A DNA stretch of 41,072 nt. It comes from Octopus sinensis. Taxonomy: Eukaryota. The DNA lies in the NCBI RefSeq assembly GCF_006345805.1, contig NW_021826203.1, positions 1-41,072 on the forward strand, in the 5' to 3' direction. The position numbers and the translations under genes were made by a program. The notes below the pieces were generated by a model. The model saw only the letters and a list, made by a program, of their open reading frames with translations, ran no database searches and was not told the DNA's origin. Below are positions 10,674 to 22,409 of the stretch, piece after piece (positions within the stretch are counted from its first letter, which is position 1; each line of letters begins with the position of its first letter).

Positions 10674-10714
10674 ATGTGTATATGTGTGTGTGTGTGTATA
10701 TATATATATATTAT

Positions 10715-10748
<34 letters not shown>

Positions 10749-10755
10749 CATACAC

Positions 10756-10977
10756 ATCTAATTTAGGATAAAATTTTTTCAAAAAAAATTCTATCAGTGG
10801 CCAGCATATTAAAAAATACCTTTAAAGGTTAAATTTATAAACAATTTATAAGTAAGAGCAAAAGAAAAAATTTCTAATGCCAAAATATGAAGAAAATAGA
10901 CATGGTTATTAACGTTGTGTCTATTTTTGGCATATTTTGGCATTAGAAAATTTTTTTTTTGCCCTTACTTATAAATT
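10756..10977. mobile_element. Fold-back element (61-bp arms, 13-nt loop, tail on the left) in (TA)n
   Basis: 10843-10903 is the reverse complement of 10917-10977; loop and right-arm start read aacgttgtg, like 9532-9540. Confidence 0.7.
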
Positions 10978-11271
10978 ATATATATATAGGTACATTAGTA
11001 TTTCCTTTAATTTCAAACACTAAATATCATTCATTACTATTTTGGCATAAATGAGGCCTAAATATCTAGCTACCAAGCGCATCTCACAAACGCAAAATCT
11101 TTCTTCTCTTATAGAATTTTTTCACAAAAAATATCATCGACAAATATGTCCAAAACCTAAGTCACAGCCAATCCCCTCTTTTTTTCACAACAAATCTTTT
11201 TCTTTTGTTACAATAAATTTGACTTTACATCCAATGTTGGAATTCATTCATTAACACACCATATATACATA

Positions 11272-11432
11272 GGTGCAGGCATGGCTGTGTGGTAAGAAGT
11301 CTGTTTTCAAACCACATGGTTCCCGGTTCAGACCTACTGCATGGCACCTTGGGCAAAGTGTTTTCTACCATAGCCCTGGGCCAAATAAAGCCTTGTGAGT
11401 GGATTTAATAGACAGAAGTTGAAAGAAGCTCA
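11272..11432 (+). mobile_element. SINE-A head, diverged
   Basis: ggtgcaggcatggctgtgtggtaag...ccttgggcaaag...gaaagaagc. Confidence 0.8.
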
Positions 11433-11439
11433 CCACCAA

Positions 11440-11588
11440 CCAGAAGGTTATTCCATCGCAGGGTGATCAAGTTACGGCCGAGTGGACTGGAGCAACATGA
11501 AATGAAGTGTTTTACTCAATAGCACAACACACCACTACCCAGTCTGGGAATCGAACCCATGATCGCTAGATTGTGAATGTAACACCCT
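11440..11588 (-). mobile_element. SINE-D, tail-to-tail with the SINE-A head
   Basis: Minus strand gtggcctagtggctaggg (A box), gggttcgattccc (B box), ccctgcgatgg domain. Confidence 0.75.
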
Positions 11589-11616
11589 AGCCACTAGGCC
11601 ACACATCACACACACT

Positions 11617-11648
<32 letters not shown>

Positions 11649-11650
11649 TA

Positions 11651-11861
11651 TACTCTTTACTCTTTTACTTGTTTCAGTCATTTGACTGCGGCCATGCTGG
11701 AGCACCACCTTTAGTCAAGCAAATCGGCCCCGGGACTTATTCTTTTGTAAGCCCAGTACTTATTCTATCGGTCTCTTTTGCCGAACCGCTAAGTGACGGG
11801 GATGTAAACACACCAGCATCGGTTGTCGAGCAATGCTAGGGGATCAAACACAGACACAAAA

Positions 11862-11923
<62 letters not shown>

Positions 11924-12088
11924 GACAGGCTTCTTTCAGTTTCCATCTACCAAATCTACTCACAAGGCATTGGTCGGCCCGGGGCTATAGCAGAAGACAC
12001 TTGCCCAAGATGCCATGCAGTGGGACTGAACCCGGAACCACGTGGTTGTTTAGCAAGCTACTTACCACACAGCCACTCCTGCACCTAT
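11651..12088 (-). mobile_element. SINE-A, full length
   Basis: Family match. Confidence 0.92.
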
Positions 12089-12756
12089 GATATGTGCATA
12101 TCTGTATTTAAATGAACAACCCATCTAGTTTTATGGAAAAACCATATTTCTCTTATTAACCGAATTATTAGTACTGGCAATATGCATTGTTATAAATTCA
12201 CCTGGTTTTCTATTGATTCAATAACTAAATCTCTGCTCCAAAAAGCATTATCTTTTGCCAGGAATTATATTTCAATCAGCGATTCCAATATCAAAATAAT
12301 TATGCTCACAAGAAGCGATCATTACTTTCTGCTAATAATGTTCTATGCATTAAAGAACAATGACGTTAATTCCTTTGATGTGACAATTGTGTTGGTGGCA
12401 ACCGAACTTTGTGCAAATCTGTGGAGCTTATTAGTTTTATATTTTACACTTATTACATAAGTCCAATAATTTACAATGTGGTTTATACTGTCGTGATTGG
12501 TTCATTATGGCAGATAATATGAATGCTCAAACAGTAAAATAGGTTCAGTGAATATAAAAATATATTTGAACTCTTTGAAATATTAACACCTAAAGGTTAC
12601 TGTAGAAAACAAACTTCCAGATTGTTAATCTCTGAGACACCACTTTAAATTTAGAAATCTTTAAATATTTACCATTTAGGAAGCCAAATTAAAAAATTAC
12701 TGTATCTATGTTTAGCTTCAATCATTTGTCAGCTATTATTATAATTTTATAAAAGA

Positions 12757-13252
12757 CTAGCAGTATCGCCCGGCGTTGCTCGGGTTTGTAAGGGAAATAA
12801 CTATATAAGCATTTTTAGAGAGTTATAGCTAAAAAATAGCAAAAAAATTGCATTAAAAATGGAAAAAAATTATGGTAAATTTTTTTTTAAATCATTGACT
12901 CATCGTAGACATTTTTAGAGAGTTACTTCCCTTATATAATAGCGAAAAAATGCATTAAAAATGGAAAAAAAATGATGGTAATTTTTTTTTTAAATCGTTG
13001 ACTCATCGTAGACATTTTTAGAGAGTTACTTCCCTTATATAATAGCGAAGAAAATGCATTAAAAATGGGAAAAATTGATGGTAAATTTTTTTTTTAAATC
13101 ATAGACTCATCGTAGACGCGCGCTAATACCCAGAAGGGCTCGATATGAATCACGACTATAAGATACTTGGTTAAACTGCACCACAAAATGTGGGAGTAGT
13201 TAGGAATCTAAATCGTAGGAGACAGACACAACCTCACTTTTATATATAAAGA
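12757..13252 (-). mobile_element. Non-autonomous Helitron with a 3 x ~102-bp internal tandem repeat
   Basis: Minus strand A|TCTTTATATATAAAA start, hairpin CCCGAGCAACGCCGGG, then CTAG|T end; A/T insertion site, no TSD. Confidence 0.85.
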
Positions 13253-13307
13253 TTTTCTGATACATTGCTTTTATCCTATAAATATACACAGAGTGACACA
13301 AAAGTCA

Positions 13308-13730
13308 TACTCTTACTCTTTACTCTTTTACTTGTTTCAGTTATTTGACTGCGGCCATGCTGGAGCAAAACCTTTAGTCGAGCAAATCGGCCCCGGGACT
13401 TATTCTTTTGTAAGCCCAGTACTTATTCTATCGGTCTCTTTTGCCGAACAGCTAAGTGATGGGGACGCAAACACACCAGCATCGGTTGTCAAGCAATGCT
13501 AGGGGGACAAACACAGACACACAAACATATACACACTCATACACATATACATATATATACATATATACGACAGGCTTCTTTCAGTTTCCGTCTACCAAAT
13601 CCACTCACAAGGCATTGGTCGGCCCAGGGCTATAGTAGAAGACAATTGCCCAAGATGCCACGCAGTGGGACTGAACCCAGAACCATGTGGTTGGTTAGCA
13701 AGCTACTTACCACACAGCCGCTCCTGCGCC
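13308..13730 (-). mobile_element. SINE-A, full length
   Basis: Family match. Confidence 0.92.
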
Positions 13731-13949
13731 ATCTTTTTATGAAGATTTATCACTTAAAAAAGTAAATATGAGGATGTTATGGCAAAGTGCTACCAATTGA
13801 AAGTGCTACATACCAGATGGTATCAAGCTTATGGGGGTTCATCAGGAGAAAATGTGCACCTTTTCAGGGCCTTCCTCTCAACAGCATCATTGTGCACTGG
13901 TGCCTACATCACTGAAATGAGGCCCTGCTTTGCAAGATCAACTGGTTAC

Positions 13950-14272
13950 TAGATTTCACCCAATATTCTTCTAACAATTTCTCATCATCTGTTTTTAGCC
14001 TAATCCAATCTCTTGCTTTCCCCACTTAGTCTGGATATCATTCATGATAGTTTTTGCTTCATAGTGAGTTAGGCTTAGCAGCAACAACAGTCGCCTCACA
14101 CTGTGTTCAATGAATCCTCTACATCCAACATTGGTTGGAAATGCTCTACTTTTGAGGATGCATCTTCATATTCCTCAAGGAAAGTTTCATAATGGTCAGT
14201 CCTTCGAACCTGAGTGGCACCTGTGTTAACTTTATGAGGAACCATTAATTCAAGTAAATTGACTTCCTTCTT
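13950..14272 (-). pseudogene. R2/HERO-type non-LTR restriction-like endonuclease (RLE) C-terminal remnant
   Basis: KKEVNLLELMVPHKVNTGATQVRRTDHYETFLEEY resembles VxLIELTVPWE...RKxxKY; later frameshifted KARDWIRLKTDD resembles KAxxWLWLKR. Confidence 0.6.
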
Positions 14273-14369
14273 ATGATATATATACAAGTGAGTAGACAAA
14301 TGAAAGAAGGGCTTTCAATACGTTTATTGGGAGTTACATGTAGGGATCAAAATAGTTTGATTCAAACTC

Positions 14370-14462
14370 CTTGATATTCTGAGTTTCAAGCGAGTCACTA
14401 GTCTTCAGCTATTGAGTCAATAACCGAAGACTAGTGACACACTTGGAACTCAGAGTACCAAG
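14370..14462. repeat. Imperfect hairpin (39-bp arms) with a hammerhead-like core in each arm
   Basis: 14370-14408 is the reverse complement of 14424-14462; arms read C(T/C)GAAGA...G(A/G)AACTCAGA(G/A)TA. Confidence 0.7.
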
Positions 14463-15369
14463 TGTCATCTTCAAAATTCTTCTTTCTCCTCCTAAATTTA
14501 GCTGTCCTTTTTTGTACTGTTCATAAGCTTTTTTCCTGCAAGTACTTGAAAACACCACAATGCCAAATTTTGCCTATTTTCAAGAGAAGTCAGTACTAGT
14601 TATTTTAGAAGCCTTCTTTGAACAATTAGATGTCAGTTTACCTGGAAAGATAAAATGCACTTATTAATAAGAAGAATTGAAATTAATGCAGACAAGATTT
14701 CACAGCCCTAGCATTACCTTGAAGTCAGCCTATGAAATTTTCAGCCCACCTGCATAAATAGTAATAAGATAAATTCTTAGATTCAGAAAAATAGACAGCC
14801 TGAAATCATTTGTTTTAATGTTCTAGTTATGCTTTAATCTTTCAGCTAATGTGGAGACATATTATCAGAACATTTTTCATTTAAAGATAAAATTTTCTGG
14901 AACACCATAAAATCTTAAATTTAGTTATAGCTTTACACAAAATTTTGCTGCAAAAAAGTAAATATTAACAGCAAATGTCTTAGGCTGTCTACATATAATT
15001 TTCCCTCTTTTTCGTTTGTTTTACCTATGCACAATGTCTATCAAATAATTTTTCTCGAGAAATTTTGGATGCCTATGTATTTACTGCCCTAACCCTAACC
15101 CTAGCCCATGATTCAGTTTTTCTTAAGGTTATATCAGGTTAACCAGAAATCCTTTCAAGTTAAGATTTTATCAACATAAATACATTTTCAAAAATCTTGA
15201 AAGCTGTTTTGACATAAGTTTGTAAGCGTATATCTGGTTTCTAAACAAGTGACAATATTGCAAACTTCAGAAGGTATTAGAAAACATCAAACCATTTACT
15301 AAGAGTGATTGTGGTTGATAGTTGTGCTCTTTGTATTTCTGAAGAATAAATATATTGTTCCACGCAGTA

Positions 15370-15570
15370 AAAGGGCTGATGATAGAAAGGGCATCCATCT
15401 GTGGGAACCAAATCAAAACATTGAAATATAGTTGTGAGACATAGTCCTCCTACCCATCTTAGAGGGAAGTGACTTTGAAAAATGCTGACACAGACAGTGG
15501 CAACCTGTCTAACCCATGCAAGCATGGAAAGCGGATATGAAATGACAATGATGATGGTGATGATGATGAT
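15370..15570 (+). mobile_element. Old family B-related 3' end
   Basis: aagggcatcc...tgtctaacccatgcaagcatggaaag...(ATG)n. Confidence 0.6.
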
Positions 15571-15573
15571 AAT

Positions 15574-15984
15574 ATTCTTTTACTCTTTTACTTGTTTCAG
15601 TCATTTGACTGCGGCCATGCTAGAGCACCGCCTTTAGTCAAGCAAATCGACCCCGGGACTTATTCTTTGGAAGCCTAGTACTTATTCTATCGGTCTCTTT
15701 TGCCGAACCGCTAAGTTACGGGGACGTAAACACCCCAGCATCGGTTGTCAAGCGATGTTTGGAGGACAAACACAGACACAGAAACATGCACATACATATA
15801 TATACATATACATATATATGATGGGCTTCTTTCAGTTTCCATCTACCAAATCCACTCACAAGGCTTTGGTCGGCCCGAGGCTATAGTAGAAGACACTTAC
15901 CCAAGGTGCCACACAGTGGGACTGAACCCAGAACCATGTGGTTGGTAAGCAAGCTACTTACCACACAGCCACTCCTGCGCCTAT
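15574..15984 (-). mobile_element. SINE-A, full length
   Basis: Family match; sits in an (ATG)n tract. Confidence 0.92.
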
Positions 15985-16327
15985 CATGATGATGACCATG
16001 ATAGAGGTTTTATCCTAAATAATCATTCCGAGCTAATATATTTTTGTCACCATAAATCCAAATTTTTGTTGAAATATTTGATAATGCAGAACAGATAAAG
16101 ACTGCATAGTCTTGCAGAATATTTATTAACTGTTTCATACCATTGCAAAGGTTTATATTAGTTATGTAAAGTGAATATCATATCAACGGTTATTTATTTC
16201 ATATATAAATAAAATACATTTGTTGTTTCATTCCTGTTATTGCTTCAGAATCAATAACATAAAACACAGAATCACAATTTGTGAAGATTCAGCCTAAAAT
16301 TATATTTTTATATACAATTCATCAACA

Positions 16328-16625
16328 TAGGCACAAGAGTGGCTGTGCGGTAAGTAGCTTGCTTACCAACCAGATGGGTCCGGGTTCAGTTGCACTGCGT
16401 GGCACCTTGGGCAAGTGTCTTCCACTATAGCCTCGGTCCGACCAAAGCCTTGTGAGTGGATTTGGTAGACGGAAACTGAAAGAAGCCCGTCGTATATATG
16501 TATATATATATATATATAACGGGAAGCTTTATGAAAATAAACAAAAGACGAAGGCAGGTGGAGTACAAACAAACAATTGTATTAGTATGGCGCTCAGGAA
16601 TATAAATAATATATATATATAAATA

Positions 16626-16673
<48 letters not shown>

Positions 16674-16903
16674 GTGTGTATATGTTTGTGCGTCTGTGCT
16701 TGTCCCCCCCCCCAACATCACTTGACAACTGATGCTGGTGTGTTTACGTCCCCGTAACTTAGCTGTTCGGTAAAAGAGGACCGATAGAATAAGTACTAGG
16801 CTTCCAAAGAATAAGTCTGGGGTCGATTTGCTCGGGTAACGTGGTGCTCCAGCATGGCCACAGTCAAATGACTGAAACAAGTAAAAGAGAAAGAGAAAAG
16901 AGA
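16328..16903 (+). mobile_element. SINE-A with a ~90-bp insertion (16518-16610) in its central (TA)n
   Basis: Head and tail halves intact; the insert begins aacgggaagctttatgaaaataaacaa, as at 20528. Confidence 0.9.
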
Positions 16904-16904
16904 A

Positions 16905-17140
16905 ATCATCATCATCATCATCATCGTAACCACAACCACCACCACCATCATTTTCACCATCATTAGTGTCGTCATTATCGTCCCTATCATCTTTGTTCTT
17001 GTTATCATTCGCTATCGTTACCATCACCATCATCATCGTCAACATTAATGTCATCCTTGTTGTCGTCCTCATTACCATCATCAGCGTTGACCATTACCGT
17101 CATCAACATGGACATTATTGTCATTGTCACCATTATCTTG
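16905..17140. repeat. Degenerate (ATC/ACC)n trinucleotide tract
   Basis: Direct reading. Confidence 0.85.
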
Positions 17141-17206
17141 CACCTACCCTACAATGTCATTCTAGAAATAAACAAGCACATTATCGAAATCTTGAAGCTA
17201 TGGGAA

Positions 17207-17883
17207 CCACGACCTTCGAACCTTGGGTCTCACTGAGGAAATGACCAGCGACCGAGACCTTTGGAAATATGCTGTGCGTGAGAAGACCAGGCAGGACAAG
17301 TGAGTCCAGCCCACTTATGCATGCCTTTCCCCCCTTGGACACACAAAGACCTGTTGAGGCAAGCGAAGTCGATATCGAACCTCATCCGACGACAGGCACC
17401 TATGGCAACCCCCCTTGCTTGCGAAGACCTGTTGAGGCAAGTGAAATCGAAATTGAACCAATCCTATGACTAGCACCTGGCAGATGCCAGGGCCCTGGGA
17501 CTGGAGGTACGTAAAAAGCACTATCCGAATTGTGGCCGATGCCAGCGCCGCTTCGACTGGCTTCCGTGTCGGTGGCATGTAAAAAGTACCATCCGAATCG
17601 TAGCCGAAGCCAGTGCCGCCTTGACTGGCTTCCATAAAATGCACCAATCCGACCGTGGCCGATGCCAGCCTTGCCTGGCACCAGTGCAGGTGGCACGTAA
17701 AAAGCACCCACTACACTCACGGAGTGGTTGGCGTTAGGAAGGGCATCTAGCTGTAGAAACTTTGCCAGATAAGACTGGAGCCTGGTGCAGCCTTCTGGCT
17801 TCCCAGATCCCCGGTCGAACCGTCCAACCCATGCTAGCATGGAGAACGGACGTCAAACGATGATGATGATGATGATGATGATG
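17207..17883 (+). mobile_element. 5'-truncated RTE LINE (family B): RT C-terminus, 3' UTR with ~65-bp subrepeats, (GAT)n tail
   Basis: 17208-17303 reads HDLRTLGLTEEMTSDRDLWKYAVREKTRQDK*, homologous to 31011-31110. Confidence 0.88.
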
Positions 17884-17899
17884 CGGAAAGACAAGCATT

Positions 17900-18125
17900 A
17901 CACTTAATGTGGCTTTGTGGTTAAGGTGTTGGACTGATGAGCATAATAAGATCATAGTTTCAATTCCTGGATAGGGTGATGCATTGTGTTATTAAGTAAA
18001 ACACTTCCCATTTCCCATTTCTCTCATCCACTCAGCTGGAAAGAGTGAGTAATCCTGCAATGGACTGGCATCTCACCCAGGGGGAATATATGCGCCACAG
18101 AAACTCAGAAACTGGCCCCATGAGT
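17900..18125 (+). mobile_element. SINE-D
   Basis: gtggctttgtggttaagg (A box), agtttcaattcc (B-like), cctgcaatggactggcatc domain. Confidence 0.65.
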
Positions 18126-18319
18126 CTTTAGGGCTAAGGAAGGATCTACATTTACCAGAGTCAATCTTGATGCTAAAGGATCATATTTACTCAAGTTTGC
18201 TCTTATTTTTTTGGACAAGGATTTTTGGCTTTTCCCAGGGGCTGGGAATACTCCCAATGGAAGACTATTTTCTATAGTTCTCAGACTGAATCGTATGTAT
18301 CCTGGTAAATGTAACCTGA

Positions 18320-18655
18320 ATACACACATACACACACACGAATGCATGCACACACACTCACACACACATACATATGCACGTGCATACACACATATGCATG
18401 TGCACACACACATACACAAACACACACACCACACAGACACGCACATGCACACACACATACGTACACATGCACAAACGCACACACCACAAACATACACCAC
18501 ACACGTACACATGCAAACACAAGTATGCACACACATGCGCACACATATACACACAAACACACACACATGCACACACACACACATACATACACATGCACAA
18601 ACACACACACATATGCAAATGCACGTGTGCACACACACACACACACACACACAAT
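18320..18655. repeat. Degenerate (CA)n tract
   Basis: Direct reading. Confidence 0.95.
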
Positions 18656-18852
18656 CGCAGCATTGCCATGTCTACCTGTGAATCTTTGTGTTTCTATAGT
18701 GTCTTCTTCTGTTTCTGTGATTGATTTCTTCCTGTGCAAGGGTCACGACATATCAATCAAAGCGTACTTTATAATTTTTTATGGTCTTTTATCATTACAG
18801 CAGGTTGATTGGTCAAGGCCTCTCTGGTGGTATGCTCTATACCTGTCCCATA

Positions 18853-19303
18853 GCATCATCATCATCGTCATCACCATCATCATCGTTATCATCATCACCT
18901 CCACTGCCGCCATCTGCTCCATCACCACCACCACCACCACCACCACCACCACCACCAACACCATAAAGATCACAACCATCATTACCACTAGCACCACCAC
19001 CATCATTATCCTCGTCATCACCACCACCACCACCACCACCACCAACACCATAAAGATCACAACCATCATTACCACTAGCACCACCACCATCATTATCCTC
19101 GTCATCACCACCACCACCACCAACACCATAAAGATCACAACCATCATTACCACTAGCACCACCACCATCATTATCCTCGTCATCACCACCACCACCACCA
19201 CCAGCAACAACATCATCATCATCGTCAGTACCATGATCACCATCATGGTTATCACTATCACCAGCACCACCAGCACCACCACCACCACCATTACCACCAC
19301 CAG
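18853..19303. repeat. (CAC/CAT)n tract with a 78-87-bp higher-order unit x3
   Basis: aacaccataaagatcacaaccatcattaccactagc at 18957, 19044 and 19122. Confidence 0.9.
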
Positions 19304-19304
19304 T

Positions 19305-19708
19305 ACGGATTGGCACCTGTGCCAGTGGAATGTTAAAAGCACCATTCGAGCATGATCATTGGCAGGGCTGCCTGACTGGCTCAGGTGCTGGAGGCATGTA
19401 AAAAACACCATTTGAATGTGACCATTGCCAGTGCCACCTGACTGGCTCCTGTGCAGGTGGCACGTAAAATGCACCATTTGAGCATGGTCGATGCCAGTAC
19501 TGCCTGACTGGCCTTCATACCAGTGGCAGGTAAAAGCACCCACTACATTCTCGGAGTGATTGGCGTTAGGGAGGGCATCCAGCTGTAGAAACTTTGCCAG
19601 ATCAGATTTGAGCTTGGTGCAGCCTTCTGGCTCACCAGCCCCCAATCAAACCATCCAACCCATGGTAGCATGGAAAGCAGACGTTAAACAACGACGATGA
19701 TGATGATG
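19305..19708 (+). mobile_element. Family B 3' UTR with about 4 subrepeats and (GAT)n tail
   Basis: ggcacgtaaaatgcacc repeats, then ttggcgttagg...gacgttaaac. Confidence 0.85.
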
Positions 19709-20673
19709 AAAACCCACAAGTTGGTGAAGACACAAGAAGGGGGAAAAAATGGGAAAAAATGCACAAAAAGTAAAACTCACCATAAACCAAAGAAATGGGT
19801 TAGGAGGAAAAATTATTTCTTTAATACAATGGAATGCTTCCTCAAGAAAATTACAGAGAAAACGAAGAGGATAAATACCAAACAAATAGTTAACAGGTAA
19901 AATTACATATCTGCCCTACCATAGATTTTATGAAAAACTTATGATGATAAAAAACAAATAAACAACATACGAAAGATAGATTGTTGGTAAAATTAATATT
20001 AAGACATTAAACGGAACTTGAAGAGATTATAAATACACATGCACACACATAGTACAAGAAAATAAATTTCTTACATGAATAGAAATGTAAAGAAAAGAAT
20101 GGTTGAATATGCTCTTGGAGTTTTTAAGAAGATTTATTTACACTTAACTGGTTTCACAATTTCATGATTTTTTAAAGTAGTGTAAGATGGAAGGACCTGG
20201 AGCTATACAGTGTTCATTACATATTTTCACACTCTAATCAGAATAGAAATACAGCTTTAATCTTTTACTCATGTAAGAAAAAACCCCTATTTTTCTGTGT
20301 GTGCATATATACATATATAGTTTACATTTCTGTTAAGGCAAGATCTACAAAAAAGTATTCCATCCAATAGAGATGAATATTATTTAATGTACACAGTATC
20401 TAAGCTATTAACAGTTTCATGCAATGGTGATGTAGTCTAGGTAAGATTTAATAATATGCCTTGTGTCTTCAAGCAATGTTCAGGCTCTGAAGACATGGGC
20501 TTTACAACATACTTATATATATATATATAATGGGAAGGTTTACGAAAATAAACAAGGAGAGAAACAAGGAGGAAAACAAGGAGAGAAACAAGGAGAGAAA
20601 AAAATACATGTAGGAGCTAACGGTCTATCATATATATATATATATATATATATAATAATATATAATATATATA

Positions 20674-20720
<47 letters not shown>

Positions 20721-21266
20721 ATTTTAAATTAATAATAGAAGGGTAAAATTTATTAATTAAATTAATTAACTAATTAATCAATTAATTAACAATTTTACGC
20801 GTAGATCAGTAAAATAACCTTTATAGGCAAAATTAATCCTGATCATGTTGATTCATTGTTTTTCTCTTTGCCTTCGTAAAAAGTATGTTTACCATCATGG
20901 AGATTCTTATAGTAGCAGAAAGGGAATTTTTAACTCCTATTTCTAATTTCGGTATGTGGTGAAGCAGTTGTTAGCTGAACCCTAATAATAATTATATATA
21001 TATATCATCATCATCATCATCATATTATATAATATATTATATATATATATTATAATATATATATATAGAATATTATATATATATATATCATCATCATCAT
21101 CATCATCGTTTAACATCTGCTTTTCATGCTAGCATGGGTTGGACAAGCATGGGTTATATATATATGTACATATATACATATATATATATATATATAAGGC
21201 AGTGAGCTGGCAGAAACGCTAGCATGCATCATCATCATCAACATCATCATCACATCATCATCATCA

Positions 21267-21319
<53 letters not shown>

Positions 21320-21331
21320 TTATTATTATGA

Positions 21332-21535
21332 ATGTGGCAAGCTGGCAGAATCATTAGCACTCTGGATTAAATGCTTAGCGTTAGTTCACCTATCACTATG
21401 TTCTGAGTTCAAATTCTGCTTTTCATCCTTTCGGGGTCCATAAATTAAGTACCAGTTGCGTACTGGAGTCGATCTAATTGACTGGCCCCCCCCCACAAAA
21501 AATTCAGGCCTTGTGCTTATAGTAGAAAGGACTAT
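21332..21535 (+). mobile_element. SINE-E
   Basis: gctggcagaatcattagcac...gttctgagttcaaattc...tttcatcctttcgggg...aattaagtaccag, (ATT)n tail. Confidence 0.8.
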
Positions 21536-22409
21536 TATTATTGTTGTTGTTGTTGTTGTTGTTGTTGCTGTTGTTATCATTATTGAGTCAAAACATATTT
21601 TGAAAATAAGCCATGTAAAAATTAAAGCTTGAACTTTTCAAAAACAGAATTAAGCTCAGATACTGAGTGGATAGATTGAGAGTTGATACGGATTAACAAA
21701 CTCCGGCGAGATTAAAAAGCGGAAAAAAAAAAAAAAAAATAACAAAACAAAACAAAACAAAAAAACAAACTTTTCAGAAACATTGGATGAAGATTACAGA
21801 ATTTTATCAATAGAAAATCCTTACAGCAATTGTTTACATTCCACATCTATCTCGTAACGGTAAAAATTAAAATTTTATTTTTTTTTTATTCCGTCATTTC
21901 TTCTGCTCTCAACCAAACATACGAGAAAAGACAAAAAAACAAAAAGAACATGATAGGATATTTCCAAGTTACTGACATGACCAGGAGAGAAGATATCGTT
22001 GGGACGGATGGATATGATAGAATAATATATTCAAAGAAATAATGGTCTGAAAGGTAGGAAAGTGCATACCTTACTGCTGCTTATATACATTTGGATAAAA
22101 ATCACAAACAAATTCGGAGAAAGAATTCCGTTAATAAGATTATAATTTTTCAGAATCTTAAACTCATCTTTAGAGATGAAATTTTATTTGATATTTACAA
22201 CTTCGCTCTGCTTTATAACCCGGTCTGATCAACCGATTGTCGACGGTTTGTTTTGTTGTTCCCAGATTTGTATGGGGTATCAGACAGGATTTCAACAAAG
22301 AACTTTTACTTATAACCAAAAAAAAAAAAAATAATAATAATAATAATAACCACTGGTTTTAATACAGTCTTGTGTTTTGCGTGGATGTTCTGTTCCTGAG
22401 CGTGCTTGT

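Larger units (their letters stand above)
8480..10700. repeat. Tandem duplication of a ~1.05-kb segment (period ~1145-1170 bp)
   Basis: 8480-9524 and 9625-10700 are nearly identical apart from scattered SNPs and microsatellite length; ~100-bp spacer at 9525-9625. Confidence 0.93.

Noticed and set aside
14459-14535. Candidate minus-strand exon KKAYEQYKKGQLNLGGERRILKMTL
   Set aside because: Weak donor (GTACTC) inside a hairpin element and no recognisable homology.
15087-15103. Interstitial telomere
   Set aside because: Under three CCCTAA units; too short to support a claim.
13839-17940. Other CTGATGA hits (13839 minus, 15376, 17934; also ~30625 and ~35705 minus)
   Set aside because: No properly spaced stem II plus GAAA; explained by SINE or family B sequence or ATG repeats.
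18147-18313. MITE with a 12-bp TIR (tacatttaccag)
   Set aside because: Single copy in the window and no clear TSD; possible but unsupported.
19781-19840. Candidate 60-nt minus-strand exon (EAFHCIKEIIFPPNPFLWFM) with a GTGAGT donor
   Set aside because: The acceptor would be a rare GAG, the peptide is unrecognised, and there are no partner exons; needs RNA-seq.
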